This document shows positions 39,012 to 51,399 of a DNA stretch of 64,000 bases, piece after piece; position 1 is the first letter of the stretch; each line of letters starts with the position of its first letter. Made by a program: the position numbers and the translations under genes. Source of the DNA: Oopsacas minuta (Eukaryota; Animalia; Porifera). The notes below the pieces were generated by a model. It had not been told where the DNA came from. It ran no database searches and worked only from the letters and a program-made list of their open reading frames with translations. Location of the stretch: positions 62,001 through 126,000 of the forward strand of contig JAKMXF010000313.1 of the NCBI GenBank assembly GCA_024704765.1, in the 5' to 3' direction.

Positions 39012-42000
39012 TAGATAAAAATACCAATTTAATAATTAAGATTCTCACTATAAATTATATTAATGCATCAGTCTTCCTGATTTATTTGGATTTAAAGATT
39101 TTGAGAACCCCGCATAATTAATATTTTCAGAGAGAAAGATTGTTTCTAGGCCAGTTCTTTTCGCTGAATATGAAAAATACACTTAAATCCACTTACTATA
39201 ATATTCAATGAAATATACATGATACCTTTCGAAAGTACCATTAACAAGTTTACTTGTTTGAAATTGCAACTCTAAGTTGAGCAAATAACAATGTAACTAT
39301 AATATCGAATACGTAATGATCATATCTTGTGATAACTTCAAAATTAGAAGCTATAACTCACCAGGAATAATTACAATTACTAGTACGATCGATTTACACC
39401 AATGGACCAATCTTAGGAGGGTCCGAAAATTCGCGTTATCCTGACCTCGACATATTGATTATTGGTTATGCTATTTAGCTCATGGATTATTGTTTATCCA
39501 TATCAGACTCAATAAAAGATTAAGAGATCACAGCTGAACATAACGTGCTTCTAGGAAGTAATCAAAACCAACAGAAGAAATTAGACAACAAAAGTTAGAT
39601 GCGGGGACAGCTATCATCATCAAATGTTATAAAAGAAGTGGAACAGCAAGAAACATTCAGTATTACAACTGTAGTTGAAGAACTATGCTTACAGATATGC
39701 CAACGTGTACTTTTCCAAAATTCTGGTCAAGTGACCAGTGGGTTCAGAAACAGCAATTACCCTTGGTTGGATGCTCGTGATGGTAAGCAGGGATGTAGTG
39801 ACGAATTTGAAGTTAGTACTTTCGAATAATAACAAATGTTTTCTTTAGCTATAGGGAAAGTCGGTCAAATAAACGATTGAAGTGAACACGTTTTTTTAAT
39901 TTGAATTGGCTGCAAACTTCTTCGCATAAAACATTCTTCAGTGAATTGCAAAAATCCTCCGACATTTCGCAAATTGGACAATCCATAAATCTTTTGCACC
40001 ATCCACCCACAACTGACCTTCGGAGGTATTAAAGAAATAATAATTCTGCTCTTCGCACAATTCACTAAATAAACTACAGTCGAGTCGCGTTAATACGAAC
40101 ACGGTTAAGGATTAACTCCGGATAAGGAGTACAAATTTGTACACTTTATCAGTCCCCTTAAATAACTTTTCAATGTAAATTAGTTCGGATAATACGTACT
40201 CCGGATAAAGAGTACGAATTTTGGCAGTTCCCTGGTATATGTATTAACAAGAGTCTACTGTATTAGAATCGCTCTCCAATTTCTCACAAATAATTAAATC
40301 ATAGGTAGATGATGCACATACAATAAGGAGCATATCGTCTCGAATTGGAATTCAAGTGCATGTAAATCTAGGGCACCAATGATGAAACTCAAACTGAACA
40401 CTCAGCTACACTATTAGTTACATCATTAATAATAGCAGAGGTTATCAATGAACAGTGTTCGGAAAAACCGGGACAGGTGAAAAAAACAGCATTTTTCAGG
40501 ACATTTCTGCCGTGTTTTTCTAGATAGCCATAGTATATATAAATTATGCCCTAACATATTCTAAAGCTCCTTGAGAATTGCTAGAACAATAAAACAACAC
40601 ATGTTATTACTTCCAATACATGAAATGCTTTTAGGAAAATTTATGATGAAGGAGTAGAATTTCTCAAGATCTTCAGTCTCTTGCAAGTGGTAATGTTGCC
40701 ATATATGGTGATTTCCAGGTGTTTTTTCCGGGGTGGTCTTTTCTGGCAAACGCTGTCAATGAAGCTCTCTTAGATATAGCTAGCTTAGTAAGGGTAAAAC
40801 TTACTTGAAACTCTACCTCAGAGCAAGGAGACTTACTGTACATTCCAGAGGAAGATTTCTAGTCAAGGCATAACTGACAATAGACTGTATGTTATGGGAG
40901 TTGTTTTCCCAATTTGATAAAGTTTGTGCCTCTTGTCAGGTTTATTGCAAGAATAGACCATTATGCAAATTGATCCCCAAATAGATTGAGATAGTTTAGG
41001 ACTGACAGATGTCCCACGAATCAAAGCTTCGAGAGGAAAAACGTTGAGACCATGAAGTTCAGCATTAACAGTAAATCCATTGGAATACTAAAAACTATGC
41101 AAGTTTTAAACTTAACCGAGTGCTGGGAAAATGTGTGATTTTATTATGTCAAAAAGGTGCTAAAATATCGTTTTTGGTGCGAGAATTGGTTAAAACGAAG
41201 TGGTAAAATTTTTATTCCTTTTCATTACGAACGTAACACTTGAGCTATTTAGACTGCATTTTCGGTAGTTGTAATGGCAAAGAGATAGGCTCTGGTCCGG
41301 CCGTCTTCTGTTTCAAAGTGAGAGAGCTTCGCCTTCTCAGTTTTGTGAAAATTACTTCCCAAAGGAAATATAAAAGTAACCCCTACTTAGAGCAATTGTA
41401 TTAGAAAATATTCCGTTGAAATTACCCATTTTGGCAATTTCGAAAAAGATTAATAGCAATATGTTATTTTTGAAGTAAAAATGCCAGTTAGGCGCCAAAA
41501 TTTGATGAATTAAATTCAAAATATATACATACAGTAATCAAATATCAAAATCAGGAAAGATACATCTACAGGTTTACGGGTTTTTGAAATTCCTCCTATA
41601 AATGAGCCCAATATCAGTGACATATTTATAATTTAATTCTAACACAATGGAAATAAAATTTTAGCAAATTTCTAGTGAAATTAAAGAAAAAAGTCACAAT
41701 TAGCGGGCTTTCATGCAAAAATCCTAAGCAAATCGGTTGAATTCTTTCCTGAGAAATCCAAAGATTTCAAATTGATCATTGCTATAAATACGTGTTTTTA
41801 AACAAATGTAACCCAAAATAGATAATAATACAATATTTCACTTAGAATTCCGCCTTCTAGAGGTAAATGTAATGTTGGAAGGTGTTGTTAATCTCTCAGT
41901 ATCCCTCATTCTCCACTCCCCACTTATAGAGTTTCGTTGCAATGAAAATGAAAGAATGTTGAATCAAATATCCCCCTTTTGAGGTCCCCATATATAGAGA

Positions 42001-45000
42001 CCCGCTTATAAAAGGTGAACTGTATCATATTTCCTTTAATAGTACCCAGAAGGTAATTATTTCAATCCCTCTTTAATGGAAATTACGATACTTGTAAAGA
42101 CGTTAATCCCTAATGTTAGTGAATAAGTAAACCATAATATATGTATCAGTGAATAATAAATAACCAACACATTTTTCTAGAATCAATTACTTACCACATT
42201 TTCATATCATTATTAAAAATTCATAGATCGATTTTGATAAATATAATTATTTTTACGTTCATCATATAAGTTGAGAAATTCCAAAAAGCTATTGTTAATC
42301 ACGGATTTATCTTGAGTGTGAAGTACATTAACAAATTCAAACACTGATAACATAATTTTGGATGAAATACCAATTTTCCAAAATAATTTAAGAAAATGAT
42401 CAACATATATGATATAAATGCCAACACCATCGCATAAATGGCGCCTAAACGATATGAAGGATAGCCGCTTTAACTTTTTAGGTAGCTTTAACAACTTCCT
42501 TATCTTTTTTACCCTAAAAAGCACAATTAACACTTTGGAGGGTTAATCTAACATTTATGAGATTTATAAAACTTGCTTCTCATTTTTTCGTTGCTCGGCT
42601 ACTATCTTATCTGGATAGTAGTCTATGGCCATCATTATACCCGGTGGGTCAAAAAAGGGTCCCGTGCACATTTCGGGCTACCTTAGAACTATTAATCAAA
42701 CAGAGCAATAATCTTTATTACTAAATCACAATTGTTGTCTGTTTGTCTGTCTCTCTGTTTGTTTGTCCGTTGTCAAGGAAAGGATTTACGATATGCAATT
42801 GTAAAATTATCGCATAACTATGTATTTATCGTTTTATCAAGGAAGTAAATAGAATTCAATAAAATTTCACTAAACATATCGAACATACTGAATCCGATTT
42901 TCACACTTTTGAATAATCATATTTAAATAGATTGTTCTTTCTATGAATATAAAGTAAACAAATTAGCCAAATTTCAAAATATACATACAGGCGTGCTCTA
43001 AACGGCTATCAGGGTAATATCAGGGTTACTAAACGGCTATCAGGGTAATATCAGGGTTACTAAACGGATATCAGGGTAATATCAGGGTTACTAAACGGAT
43101 ATCAGGGTAATATCAGGGTTACTAAACGGATATCAGGGTAATATCAGGGTTACTAAACGGCTATCAGGGTAATATCAGAGTTACTAAACGGATATCAGGG
43201 TAATATCAGAGTTACTAAACGGATATCAGGGTAATATCAGGGTTACTAAACGGATATCAGGGTAATATCAGGGTTACTAAACGGATATCAGGGTAATATC
43301 AGAGTTACTAAACGGATATCAGGGTAATATCAGGGTAATATCAGGGTTACACAATACGCTGAAACCGAATTTCGCATTTTCAAATTTCTCATATATAAAT
43401 TTATTGTTGTTTATATGAATATATAGTAAACAAATCTCTAAATTGAGGTAGAATCGTACTTTCAACGACTATACTGAGGCTGAATATTGTAAACAACATC
43501 AATATTATTTAATCTCAATTGTTGTTTGTCTGTTTGTCCGTTGAATACCTCGAGGCGCAATTCGACGAGTTCATCGCGAAGCAACGAGCCAAAGGCTCGT
43601 ACTCTATGTATTCTATTTAATAGTGCAGATTTTACAAGTACTGCACTGTCAGGAATTATTTGAAGAACTCACAAAAGTTGCACTTTATTTATCATATCTT
43701 ATCTATTGCTTAGACTTAGATGGACACTCCATAAGTTATGGATATCAATAATATTTATTTTTGTATTGTGTCATGCCAATACCGGGATTCAGGATTACCC
43801 ATCCCTAAATCCTGGGATTGTGAAAACAGTCCGGAATTAAAAACCCTAGTAAATCCTCACTCCAACAAAGTCAGGATGCACAGTGGACATTTAGGTGGAA
43901 ACAGACTTGATTTATAACCTTAGACCAATGATTCGATTATGACATTGAATTAGCAGATCTTAAACCTAGAAATAAGTAATTTCATCCTGAAAGAACTTGT
44001 GACTTATTTTTATGCAGGAGTGCTCAAAATTACAAAATAACCTGAAACAACGACGAATTTTACCAGAGAAGATTCTTCCGCGACCAATTTTACCCGAGAC
44101 AGTCTTTCCGTCAACGGATTTACGCCACTGTGTGCGTAAGAAATACGTACGTATTTGAGTTCTACAATTCATGTGGAATGCATAGTCAAATTGCCTGATT
44201 AGAACACAGCATAATGAAAAAGATAACCTTAGTATTTGTATATTTCATCGATCTGTGCCACCAAATTCCAACAACCGTGGGTAGTAAAACAAGGAAGCAA
44301 ATTCCATATATGAGAAGAATAACTGTGGAATATTTTTCATCAGATAGCCAAGTTGGTAACGCGATACTAAAATCTATAGATTTCTTGCCATTAGGATCTC
44401 CAGTTTCATAAAATGTTTTTAACATCTCAGGATTGGTTAATGTCTTATAAGCCTTCGAAATTGTCATAAACTTCTCACTATCCCCAGTCTTCATATCTGG
44501 ATGGTATATCAGACTCATTTCATGATATTTTTTCTTGATATCATACGATGAAGAATCTATAGAAAGGACAATATAATAATCGATTCAACGGAACAGCTGT
44601 CTCAACAACTACTTAAGTTTTTGTACATAGTAACCCATACCCCATCACTCTCACACCTAACTTAAACTTTGAATGCTTATAGCTTGATAAATATTAACTT
44701 TAGTAATATATCAAAACCTGGGGCGGTGCCAGAATTTGAAAAAGAGAAACCAGATTCCAAGAATTACAAAAGTTAAATGACAGCACATTAATTACAAGTC
44801 CTGAGATGTTATTAGCTATGAATCTGTTAAGAATCTGTACTTGCATTGGTATAATACTATCTTCAATAAAGGAGTATCGTGAATGCATTGGATTTCACTT
44901 GCCAAAAAAGGGGGCCCCAGAGCCCCGTGCACCCCGGAACAGTGACGTAACGCCCGGAAGATATTGGGTGTCACAGCGCTCAGGTGGCTCCTCAGGCACC

Positions 45001-48000
45001 ACCTATTCTTCTTAGATGAAAAGTGTAATCAAGTTGGGAAGGGTGAAATTGTTCAATGCCAATATCATGGGAAAGGTGGATGATGTCAATACACTGAAAC
45101 ATTGGCAGAAATTGTAAACAGTAAATCTTCACTCGCATCTTCAACTCAATATCATGTTATTATCATAATCTCATGTAGTAGTGATTTAAGAGAGTTGAAG
45201 TGTGCGATCAAACAGGGCTCAAATTTAAGGAACCCCACAACTCAACACCATAAATTTATAGATTATTCTTTTTATCAATATTTTTATCACAAAATCAAAT
45301 TCCTGGCTATTATAATATTATTTTATTACTCACTATTATATCTTCCCATAAAGAAGAAGAATTTTGAATATTGCTATGTCATTAAGGAGTTATTTTGGCC
45401 TTTTGGGCCGCATTCTGCGGCGTTGCCATGTATTTGAGATAAATAATACAATTCTTTGATTCTTGAATAAAAATCCTAATTAGGTTCCAAAATATTTTGA
45501 ATTTAATCCAAACAGTATTCTCGTATCAAAATCTGTTTCCCAGTTTTTCAAAATTCATTCTATAAATCAACCAACTTGCAGTGACAAATGTAATAGAAAA
45601 TTCTAATATTTCAAACACAATGAAATAAATTTTTGGCAAATTTCCAGTCAAATTCAACAACAAAAAAGTTCCAACTAGCTAGTTTTACGGAAAAATCGGC
45701 CTTTTGGCCGATTTCATTTTAAATTAATTGAAAAAAAGAGCAGAGATTTCGTCTCTGAAATTTTCATTAACTAAATACTGCCGAGAAAATGTGAGATTTG
45801 ATGATGTCAAAAAGGTGCTAAAATCTCGAATTGGATGCGGGAATTGGTTAAAACGAAGTGGTAAAATTTTAGTATACTTCCTAACGGCATTCTTCCAATT
45901 GCTGAACCCCGTCGTACACCAGGCTGACCTCACATTGCCCCATGCCAAAATGTCTACAAGCATAACAGAAGTCACGTGTTTGAGAATACTCGAGCCACAC
46001 CAAATCCTTAAACCATCCTTTGCGAAACCTGCGCTCGTTCGAGTCTACTGGGTACTTAAGCAGCTTCACTTGCGTGGGTCCCTCTCTGACTGTCTTGGAT
46101 ATGTCATTGGGCACACTCTTTGGATCGACTATAGCAACCTGAACATCATTGTTCGCATCGCTTGAGCCTGTAACCACACGAGCTCTCTTGGAAAAGAAGC
46201 TGTGAATGGGTTCCTGATGCTTGGACATGATTATTGGTTATAGGGAGAAAAGAGTACTGACTAATGAATAGTTAACAAGTGATGAGCATAAAAAATGGAA
46301 TGGTGCAAAGTTTGACTCGTCTATAGAGCCGCCAGTGGGTCAGGAGTCCCAACAATTGTACACGAACAGGGCTCCCACATTCGTAGATCAGGCACTGACC
46401 TCATGGACATACTTTATATTCATCTAAGGATGGAAGTTGCATGAGCCGTGACCTTCGATATATAAGGCCATACCACTGAACCATACCATTTCATGGACCA
46501 TGGATACTTGAAGTCCATTAAATTTGATAGGCAATAATATTATTCACAATAATACCAAAGTGGTGCATTTTGGCCCGAATAAATGTATTATTGTTAGTTA
46601 ATAATTAACACAAGCTATGTCACCCGACGAGTCTCAGGTTAAAATAACGTCATCTTATTGGTTCATACGGGGCTATGTTGTAAAAAATGCGCCATAATAA
46701 AGTTCGGCAGGTTCCAGAGTTATAGTAGTGACCATGAATAACACATACTGCTAATATTCACCTATTACTTGATAACCTTTAACGTTATGGCTTATCATAT
46801 TGCAAACGTATGGTATATACTCGACTTCCCATACCCTGATAATACATTTTAATATGATGTGCCCAAGGATTATTGCATAGTAATCAATAATACCATGTAC
46901 GGTCATTTTCAAGATGCATCATAATTGTTAAAGATAACATATCAAAATGTATTCTCAGGGTATTGAAAGTCAGGTATACACCATATGTTTGCAAGAAGAT
47001 TGGCCATAACATCAAAAGTTATCAAGTTATATGTGAATATTAGCAGAAATGTGTTATTCATGGTCACTACCATAACTCTGGAACCTGAGAACTTTATTAG
47101 GCCAATTTTTTTATATTCTGTGTGAAAACATCCTTGGATCAATTGGTGTCAATTCTAGTCGACGAAGCGATATTGATCATTTGACAGAGTTTGGGACTCG
47201 TCGGATGACATAGCTTGTGTTAATTATAACTAACAATAATACATTTATTCGGGCCAAATGCACCAATTTTGTGTTATCATAAATAATATCATTGCCTATC
47301 AAAATTAATGGACTTCAAGTAATCCATGGTTTCGAATAGTAGTAAGGCCTTAAATAACGAAGGTCAAGCGTGAACTATAACGGTGGGTATGTACAAGCAA
47401 TATTATGAGCAACACAACACACAATTAGCTTATGAAACGTTTATCTAAGTTGGAAATAAAACTATAAGTAGCGAGATTGAATGAATGGTGGAATCTGGTA
47501 GAATTTGGTGGAATCTAGTGGAATATAACTAAATAATCAACTTCACAAGGTTGCAATTGACTGATTCAATGTTCGGTTCAATCAGATACGTAACTAGGTG
47601 CGACACATGTGGCAGAATCCGCACCTAAAATTTCATGTGCCCACCAATTTTTACACATGCGGCATTGCCGCACTTGTGCCACTTCTGTGCCTATTTCTTT
47701 GCCCACCATTCAGTCAATCCATACTTAGCTAATTTAATTGAATATCAAAAACTTTCGGTTTAACTGAAGGCGTTATATGAAATTTGATGTATTCAAAATG
47801 TGCCCAAAAGTGGCACTCGAAAGTGACAAAAAACAATGTTGTTAAAGATGGATTTTGTTTTTTCGCATAAGTACACATAGCAAGGAGTGATCTCTGAAAA
47901 AATGGTCTTTGTATAACTTTTATTATTTACTTCCGAGTTAAGCCTATATTTTTGCTAGATTGACTATTAAGCCCTTTGATATATTGGCTGTTTTAGTTTT

Positions 48001-50492
48001 CTGGACAGAAGTATATAGATTCGAGTAATGCTATCCTTCTGGGATGCATTGCGGCTCTAGACGCTAACATTTGGTGGGGCAACTGGATAGTAGAGGTGTT
48101 AGGTTCAGAAAACATAATACATTTGATTATGCAATGGAGATATTTAGGGAGGGCAAGGTACAACTTTGACGGGTGATGCCCCCCTTGCTGAATCCAAATT
48201 TCGCATTTTTAAGTTTCTCATATGTAAATTTAAAGTTGATTTTATGCATATAAAGTAAACAAATTAACCAAATTTCTAAATATACGTAGAGAATTGCTCT
48301 CAACAGGCATATAGGCAATGGGTAATCAAGTACGCTGAATCCGAATTTCGCGTTTTTTATGTATATTTCTTATTAAATAATTAAAATGTACACAATCATG
48401 TGGCCTAAGGGAAAATTACGTCGGCACAGACGATAATTTGAGATTTAATTTCTCATGTATATAGGTATACGTCGCAACAATAATCAGTACCTGTAAATAG
48501 ATGGTTCATTTATTGTTTACTGGCGAGAAACTTATAAAATACGTAAATGATTTAGCTACTTAGGTAGACCTCAATTGTATGGGTGCACAGGAAATATTTT
48601 AGGTAACTGGGCGTACATTGATTGAAAAAGGTGGGAACCACTGAGTTAACTCAACCTGATACTACTCATAATATTCAGGTTTGACCAAGCTAATACCGAA
48701 TGTACTGATATTCAGTTGCCGAATATTGAACTATTCATCAAATAATAGTCGGTTGCAACTTTGCAATATATACTTTGAAGATGAAGTTATTAGGCTTCAC
48801 TTTCATCAAATTAATGTAATCTAGAGACAACAAAATCAAATAATAGAAAATTTTTTAGTACCTAACTGGGATTTTAAGTCATAAAAAAAATAATATTAAT
48901 TTTTGTTTCTAAATTGCAAAATGGGTAAATTTCAATGAACCTTTTCGAACTCTTTGTCTATCAGGATTTTCGAATAAATTTGCAATAAGCAGCCACTTAT
49001 TTTTTCATTTGGGAAGTAATTTCTACAAAACTGAGAGGGCGAAGCTCTCTCACTTTGAAACAGAGGACGGTTGGGCCGGTGCCTCTCTTTGCCATGACAA
49101 CTACGCAAAATGTGGTCTAATAAAGCTCAAAATGACTTCTTCACGACACAGCAATATTCAAATTACTCCACTATAACCGATCACGGCTGAAGTTTTATTT
49201 TCGTAATGAAAAGGAACGCTAAAATTTTACCACTTCCTTTAACTAATTTCATCACCATAACGAGATTTTAGCACTCTTTGAAGTCATAAAATCACACATT
49301 TTCCCAGCAGTATTCAGTTAATCATTTTGACCAATGTAACTTGCAAATAAAATCGGCAATTTTTGACATACTTGCGCATGAAAGAAGGCAAGAAACAGAG
49401 AGCGAAATAACCAGAAAGAAAAGACATTATAATTTGCTATGGTATACATGAACAGAGAGCAAAAACGAACGATACGCAAGTTGTAAAATCCCTAGAAGTT
49501 TTGTATGTAAATAGTATTATGGACAAACGAGCACATGAAAGGAGTATAAAACCAGCATTCAATAACCCGATTTCGGCTGTAATGTATCTGTAAAATAAAC
49601 TCCAAGTATTGAGAGTCTGGTATATATTTTCTGTTTGTTTGTCCACTTTTTATTAAAACAATAGGGGAAGATGATCTTCGTATATAATATAGGGAATGTA
49701 AACAATTACATGCTGATTCCGATTTTGACACTTTCGAGTTAATCATATGTAAGTTTTTTGTTGTTTTAATGAAAACAAAGTAAACAAATAGTTGAAATCT
49801 CGTAATATACTCCGAGACTTGCTCTTAACGGCTATCGATGGGTATCAAAGGATACTGAATCCGAATTTCACATATTCAAGTTTATCTTAAGTAAATTCTT
49901 TGTTGTTTTTATGAATATATAGTAAACAAATAGTTGAAGTATTAATGCATTAATTCAATTTTGCAATTTTATCTTCGCAAGCCGCGCAGAACGAGCAAGA
50001 GAAGCGGTTTGTATCTAATAAGCATAGGGGTACGCTTTTGCTAAAAAATTCTCACGGCTCCCCTAACAAAGTCCTAGCCTTCCACGCAATATCTAGACTG
50101 AAACAGTACAAAGAACCAATCATAATATGTAAAATCATATGTATGGAGAATTTGTTACCTCGATATACTCCAAGTTCTTCCCAAGGATCATATAATGTAA
50201 AATTTACTTCTTGAGTAAGTGTATAGTAGGCAATGTAGAAGAATATGACCCATAAAAAGAAAATACCGATCAATCTAGCAATGCGGTTTCGTGCACTTTT
50301 AGCAGAGTCGCATAGCTTCAAGGTCTTCAAAGTACAGCCAACACATTTACACTGTTGTATGGAACTAATCAGAGTTTGCTTTGGTAAGAGTGAAGGCCAG
50401 AAGAAGTACGTAGAGGGAATAAGTATGAGACCGTACAAAAAGCAGGAGAAATAGAGAACTGTGCTAGAATCTTCATATTTTAGATTAGTCAT
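18519..50492 (-). CDS. SEC63: Translocation protein SEC63 homolog; join(complement 50159..50492, 44228..44556, 36781..37193, 18519..19668), 2226 nt, 741 aa
   Basis: Four minus-strand ORF segments join through GT-AG introns with matching phases (1, 0, 2) into one stop-free frame. The protein has N-terminal TM segments, a J domain (YHPD..GD..KFM.I.KAY..LT), a third TM, the Sec63/Brl domain (SPLLQLPH; GWWLYMSD; FQAP..G.YQY.IFLISDSYIG) and an acidic tail. This order and length match SEC63. Confidence 0.96.
20244..21000 (+). mobile_element. Helitron-like family A copy with a nested hAT-like MITE (about 20486..20885)
   Basis: TCTATATTATTAAA start. The family body is interrupted at aatcatatg by CAGTGGCGTAGC and resumes after about 20885. 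Confidence 0.65.
21040..21740. mobile_element. Helitron/Helentron-like family B element with subterminal inverted repeats
   Basis: 21048..21130 is an inverted repeat of 21532..21622, followed by a hairpin ggtcgc-tac-gcgacc. Homologous copies at about 30130..30720 and 35936..36530 carry CTAGT-containing ends. Confidence 0.5.
22024..22682 (-). mobile_element. Helitron-like family A copy (complete)
   Basis: 5' TCTATATTATTAAA at 22682; 3' hairpin gagcc-aaa-ggctc followed by CTAG at 22024..22027. Confidence 0.78.
23144..23310. mobile_element. pogo/Tigger-type MITE
   Basis: TA|CAGTAGAACCTCATTAATACG...CGTATTAACGAGGTTTCACTG|TA. Confidence 0.8.
24362..25277. mobile_element. Fold-back Tc1/mariner-type MITE, copy 1, nested in a family A Helitron (about 24205..25543)
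   Basis: Termini CAGCCAGGGGACAAAAG / CTTTTGTCCCCTGACTG, TA flanks, inverted arms of about 380 bp. The Helitron consensus resumes on both sides. Confidence 0.9.
27372..30035 (+). mobile_element. Degenerate mariner (outer) with transposase relic about 28895..29975
   Basis: Imperfect TIRs CCTGGGGCATTCAAAAAGTTCCCATC / GATGGGAAATTTGTGAATGCCCTAAG with TA flanks. Motifs EQRAYIKIRTVLG, TGDET and HSPYSTDLSPCDFWLF. Confidence 0.8.
27510..28834 (-). mobile_element. Degenerate mariner (inner), full length
   Basis: TIR GGGCGTTCAATAAG(T/C)CTTGCGGGT, TA TSD, 1325 bp. Motifs DLPRSGRP, WVPHKL, ITGDEAW and HPPYSPDLVPCDFWLFPKLK. Frameshifted. Confidence 0.9.
30933..31847. mobile_element. Fold-back Tc1/mariner-type MITE, copy 2
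   Basis: Near-identical to 24362..25277, same orientation, TA flanks. Confidence 0.9.
32172..32346. mobile_element. pogo/Tigger-type MITE
   Basis: TA|CAGTAGAACTCGG...CCGAGTTCTACTG|TA. Confidence 0.8.
32517..34200 (-). pseudogene. hAT (ZMYM1-like) transposon relic
   Basis: TTF-zinc-finger-like LLYTCKSFLYCRHF, a catalytic-region fragment TLSKISDDPDENLVTRSDAELLYKRM.RLELGFM, and a CAGTGGTGGTC-type end at 32517. Confidence 0.55.
35168..35708 (+). mobile_element. Helitron-like family A copy (complete)
   Basis: TCTATATTATTAAACCTCAATTG start and a 3' hairpin acgagcc-aaa-ggctcgt. Confidence 0.75.
36781..37193 (-). CDS. SEC63: SEC63 exon 3 (first part of Sec63/Brl domain)
   Basis: Acceptor atctttag|ATA. 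Translation IINETSRMF...MILMCACEF...FSVKARILLQAYL...CPALWEHL. Donor AG|gtatgt, phase 2. Confidence 0.92.
38640..39045 (-). mobile_element. Helitron-like family A copy with an expanded (GACA)n tract (about 38968..39010)
   Basis: Reverse complement of the family A body. The microsatellite is expanded to about 10 units. Confidence 0.65.
39590..40065. pseudogene. Adjacent transposase fragments: ZNF862-like hAT N-terminus (+) and pogo HTH (-)
   Basis: Plus: FPKFWSSDQWVQKQQL(Y)PWLDARDGK.GCS. Minus: a CENP-B-like fragment next to the pogo MITE. Short and degenerate. Confidence 0.4.
40077..40260. mobile_element. pogo/Tigger-type MITE
   Basis: TA|CAGTCGAGTCGCGTTAATAC...GTATTAACAAGAGTCTACTG|TA. Confidence 0.7.
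42712..43605 (+). mobile_element. Helitron-like family A copy carrying a minisatellite
   Basis: TCTTTATTACTAAATCACAATTG start, family body, and a 3' hairpin acgagcc-aaa-ggctcgt at 43584..43600. Confidence 0.75.
42998..43349. repeat. 31-bp minisatellite, about 11 copies
   Basis: Unit CTAAACGG(C/A)TATCAGGGTAATATCAG(G/A)GTTA in head-to-tail array with no spacers. Confidence 0.95.
44228..44556 (-). CDS. SEC63: SEC63 exon 2 (J domain HPD, TM3)
   Basis: Acceptor ttctatag|AT. Translation DSSSYDIKKKYHEMSLIYHPDMKTGDSEKFMTISKAYKTLT...FSIALPTWL...LPTVVGIWW. Donor AAG|gttatc, phase 0. Confidence 0.95.
45880..46398 (-). pseudogene. hAT 5' end with TTF-type zinc-finger fragment
   Basis: DISK...GPTQ...YP...RRFRKGWFKDLVWLEYSQTRDFCYACRHF, plus a CAGTGCCTGATCTAC terminus near 46398. 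Confidence 0.7.
46445..47370. repeat. Long imperfect palindrome (fold-back element, second family)
   Basis: Arms of about 400 bp, for example ggcccgaataaatgtattattgttagtt / aactaacaataatacatttattcgggcc. Ends gtgaccttcg / cgaaggtcaa. Confidence 0.8.
50159..50492 (-). CDS. SEC63: SEC63 exon 1 (TM1, TM2, start of J domain)
   Basis: MTNLKYEDSSTVLYFSCFLYGLILIPSTYFFWP...YDPWEELG resembles the SEC63 N-terminus. Donor CGAG|gtaaca, phase 1. Confidence 0.93.
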
Positions 50493-50789
50493 TCTAGCAA
50501 AGATAGAAATTAGTACACCTTAGATTTTGATAAAACCCAATAATAAGAAAAAATCTCAAATCAGTCTATGCCACTAAATTAATTATAGAGGATTTTAGAG
50601 TCTATATGACAGGGAGTTCGTGCCCCCTATGGTGATATTGGTCTCCTCACACATGCTCAACGAAGTCAGGAGGTTATGGCCATTTGAAGGCTAAAAATTA
50701 GAATGGGATAATAGGTATAGCTATATTATTAATATATCATAATTTTTTTGGTAGTGTTTGTTCTCGTACACTCATCTTTCGCGAACACC

Positions 50790-51180
50790 GTTCTTTAAAC
50801 TCTTGGACAACTCTACCGAAGTTGTTTTCCCCCAAATCCTTGGCCCTCGTACGATTAACACATAGAAGAGCTAACTATCCTAGACGTTCATCTGTCATGA
50901 CCGTGCATAACCACGTTTTGACTTGGCGGAGACCTTTCATAAGAAGCTGTGCCCACTGGTATGGTTACTGCTATCTGGCTAGGTTGTACAGGGATGACAC
51001 AGCCATCTTGTAGGGCTCGAGCAAGTCCAACATTTCCGAAATACAGTTCGGATGAGAAAACTCGCTGTCTGTTGCTGCCTTGTACGCTACCAACACTCGG
51101 TAAGTCTTCACCTCATGAGCCAAAGCTTCTAGGCCGATATCGTAGTGGCCCGCGAACTTCGACACTCCTCCATCTATAAA
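50790..51180 (-). pseudogene. hAT C-terminal dimerisation-domain relic
   Basis: SLYNLA.IAVTIPVGTASYER..., then MTDERLG*LAL. Degenerate. Confidence 0.65.
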
Positions 51181-51399
51181 AAAAGTAAGCAGATGCAGAA
51201 GACAACGTATCTATACCCTCTCAAGGTAAAGAAGAAAGTAAATAGAAAAGAAATTTAGAAACACTAACCTGAGTAACTACGTTATACCTCCTTTTGGTTG
51301 CTGAAACTAATGAGGTTTAAGCTGACAAGTAATGAACTGTAGGAGGGGTAACAAAGTAGTACCCTTTACATCTTGCTCAGTTAGTTCTGTATTTTATAA

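Noticed and set aside
42998-43349. CRISPR array (31-bp repeats)
   Set aside because: Units are contiguous with no unique spacers, there are no cas genes, and the context is a eukaryotic intron.
43966-44172. Additional SEC63 exon
   Set aside because: Exon 2 joins exon 3 in phase with colinear homology. This ORF has no SEC63 similarity.
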